From assembly GCA_040217195.1 (NCBI GenBank), contig JAVJNR010000008.1:416001-480000 (forward strand): DNA of 64,000 nt, written 5' to 3'. Position 1 is the stretch's first letter. Each line of letters opens with the position of its first letter. The translations under genes and the position numbers were made by a program. Below the pieces are notes generated by a model. It ran no database searches. It was given only the letters and a program-made list of their open reading frames with translations, and was not told the DNA's origin. Below are positions 61,849-64,000 of this stretch, piece after piece. The stretch is from Leptospiraceae bacterium (lineage in GTDB: Bacteria; Spirochaetota; Leptospiria; Leptospirales; Leptonemataceae).

Positions 61849-63243
61849 ATGAATGCATTTCTTTATAATTCAAAAAAGACCGGACTCTTTATAGCAATCT
61901 CAGCCATTGCCTTCTGCAGTACTGCATTCTGCGGAGGCGATGGGGAAGTACTGGCCACCTACGATGGGGGAGAAATCACACGCGGCGACATGCGACGATT
62001 GGTTCAGGCCAGTGGTCAGTCCGATGATAAAATCACAACCGCCCAGCAAAATGAAATCCTGAAAATGATTGGAACCTACAGGCTGGCTGCCAATGAACTG
62101 AAGGACGATCAGGAAGCCCAGGCCTGGCTGGACGGGAACTCCAACCTGCTGGAGAGAAAGGCATTGCTTCGTTCTTTTCAGGGCTATCTTAGAACCGATG
62201 ATCCATTTGAGCTAATTAGCATCCAGATTGCCATCCTGAGAAAGGATAAGCAACGGGACCGAAGACCAGAGGCTGAGGCCCTGGCTACGAAGCTAAACGA
62301 TATGAGCTCAGAGGAGGAAATTGCCAATCTGGTAATTGAAGCCAGCGAAAGCCAGGAAACTAAAATGAATGCTGGCAAGATTGTACCTCATTGCGTCTCC
62401 TGTAAACCGGATCTACTGGAATTCATAACAAAACCTCTGAAGGATGCAGAGAAAGGTAAATTCATTGTTATCGATGCTGATAATATGTTCTACGTGGCTC
62501 GAAGAATCTCCACCGATGAACTGGAAGCCGATGAGCTGGCAGAATTCTATCAGTCCTACTTTAATGAGCTGGCCGAGCGAGCGAAGAAAGCTGGTCTCAA
62601 ACAAGAAATCAGCCCCACAATGATTGAAACTCAGGCGAATCAGTATTCCGAACGACTGGTTCGATCCAGAAGTCAGAACAATGAGAAGCTCTGGACCCAT
62701 ATTGATGAACTTGAAAAAAAGTATGAATTCAAACTGAATCGAGAAGAACTGAAGCCTGAATCCTTCGCAAAGGAAAGTGCCGATACCTGGATCATCGAAC
62801 TGGATGGCAAAAAGCGCACCGTTGCAGATTTTAAGAAAATCGTAAATACGAAAGATTTGAACGATTCGACGCTTCTTCAAATCCTTCAGAATATCTATAT
62901 TCCTACAGAGATTCTGCAGCTATCTCCGGAATATGAGGATGTAAAAGATAGCGAGCTCTACGAATTTTTGCAAAAATTCTACAAGAATGAAGCACTGGCC
63001 GGTCGCTACATACAGAAAAGCATTGAGGGTATGGAAGTCACCGATGAGCAAATCCAGGAATACTATAACCTGCGAAAGCACAATCAATTCAATGGAAAAC
63101 CTCTGGCTGTTGTAAAAGAAACCATCCGACAGCAACTGCGCCAGGCTCAGAGCCAGACTGCTGTGCAGAAAATTCAGGATGATTTATTCAACAAATACAA
63201 TTTCAAAATCGAACGAGAGAAACTTAAGGCAGACGAAATATAA
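61849..63243 (+). CDS. PrsA/SurA-like foldase lipoprotein
   Basis: Lipobox-like TAFC, VLATYDGGEIT, EVTDEQIQEYY, KPLAVVKETIRQQL. Confidence 0.65.
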   Translation: MNAFLYNSKKTGLFIAISAIAFCSTAFCGGDGEVLATYDGGEITRGDMRRLVQASGQSDDKITTAQQNEILKMIGTYRLAANELKDDQEAQAWLDGNSNLLERKALLRSFQGYLRTDDPFELISIQIAILRKDKQRDRRPEAEALATKLNDMSSEEEIANLVIEASESQETKMNAGKIVPHCVSCKPDLLEFITKPLKDAEKGKFIVIDADNMFYVARRISTDELEADELAEFYQSYFNELAERAKKAGLKQEISPTMIETQANQYSERLVRSRSQNNEKLWTHIDELEKKYEFKLNREELKPESFAKESADTWIIELDGKKRTVADFKKIVNTKDLNDSTLLQILQNIYIPTEILQLSPEYEDVKDSELYEFLQKFYKNEALAGRYIQKSIEGMEVTDEQIQEYYNLRKHNQFNGKPLAVVKETIRQQLRQAQSQTAVQKIQDDLFNKYNFKIEREKLKADEI

Positions 63244-63263
63244 CGTCGCTTAAGGGCGATGAC

Positions 63264-63307
63264 CGATGGGAGTGATGAATTCTCTCCCACTGGATTCGCT
63301 CCCATCG
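63264..63307. terminator. Stem-loop between convergent genes
   Basis: CGATGGGAGTGA...TCGCTCCCATCG. Confidence 0.45.
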
Positions 63308-63476
63308 TCTAGATCCCGCGGATTTTGCTCTCTTCTAAACTTTCGCCTGAAATCCTCGTTGAAAGTGTGAGCAGATCGCTGCTTCCAGAAACAATTGACC
63401 TTCCCCGGCCCGGGGCAGGCCCCCTAAAGCCCATCTTTTTGCACTTCTGACCAATACAGACGGTTACGGAGGCTCG

Positions 63477-64000
63477 TTAATGAGGAATCTTGCCATCAAA
63501 GCCCTTCCAGAACATGGTATACATGGGATGGGCCAGTGAACCGGAAAAAAGCTTTTTCTGAGATGTAGAAATGTCCAGCCTCTGTAATTGCTGCATCAGC
63601 ATATCTCTACCGCGATTCAAACATCGATTCGAATATTGCTCCACTGCATCTGCAGGCTGATCTCTATCCGGTAGTCTGGAAATAAATTCGTACTCCAGTG
63701 CATCTCGCCTGGCCTGAATATCCGGAGCATACTTCATGAAATCTGTAAGTACCCCTCGGTGCAGCCTTTCATGCATCCACCACAAACTTTCATCCGGCCT
63801 GGCCCCCGGAAGTATCCAGTCAGTACCTTGTAGATTGCTATGACCAAAGAAGAATGGTTTGAATATTGAGAGGCAGGGAGCCGAAGTACCGGTAAACCAA
63901 ACAACAGGCCTTTCATCCAATTGAACAACCATGGATCCGGTGGTCTGGGAAGGCGCTGTAAGTCCAGAAGCATGCAGGCACAGACTTTTCATTCCTGTCT
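63477..64000 (-). CDS. Secernin/peptidase C69-like protein (C-terminal part, runs off the right end)
   Basis: CLHA..., QTTGSMV, WFTGTSAPCLSIFKP, SLWW.HE.LH; frame stays open to the window edge. Confidence 0.8.
   Translation of the reverse strand, partial: TGMKSLCLHASGLTAPSQTTGSMVVQLDERPVVWFTGTSAPCLSIFKPFFFGHSNLQGTDWILPGARPDESLWWMHERLHRGVLTDFMKYAPDIQARRDALEYEFISRLPDRDQPADAVEQYSNRCLNRGRDMLMQQLQRLDISTSQKKLFSGSLAHPMYTMFWKGFDGKIPH

Overview
64-kb, gene-dense, roughly 50% GC bacterial chromosomal segment. Gene content and protein style (DUF1574-MBOAT pair, spirochaete-type flgD/flgE/fliK, ethylmalonyl-CoA mutase, many Cys-lipoproteins) point to a Leptospiraceae-like spirochaete; this is an inference. 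Most of the window is housekeeping: lepA, sucCD, CCA-adding enzyme, mtnA, der, smpB, gspKLMN, flgE-flgD-fliK, purC/purS/purQ, nadE, ilvD, ecm-meaB, ddl, proC and lptF/G. I recognised no rRNA, tRNA, CRISPR array or transposase. The most interesting element is a five-gene divergent, ACP-less lipid or secondary-metabolite cluster (33350-39221) encoding an acyl-CoA ligase, two intact KAS III enzymes, an SDR and a crotonyl-CoA carboxylase/reductase with long-chain-type pocket substitutions. This enzyme set resembles alkyl-branched beta-lactone or head-to-head lipid pathways. Other candidates are a parS-like palindrome beside a ~184-nt structured-RNA candidate, a pore-less voltage-sensor-like membrane protein, a tandem pair of 10-Cys lipoproteins, a pseudo-CheB hybrid kinase, and long disordered insertions in core enzymes. 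All family calls come from motif recognition by eye; no database searches were run.
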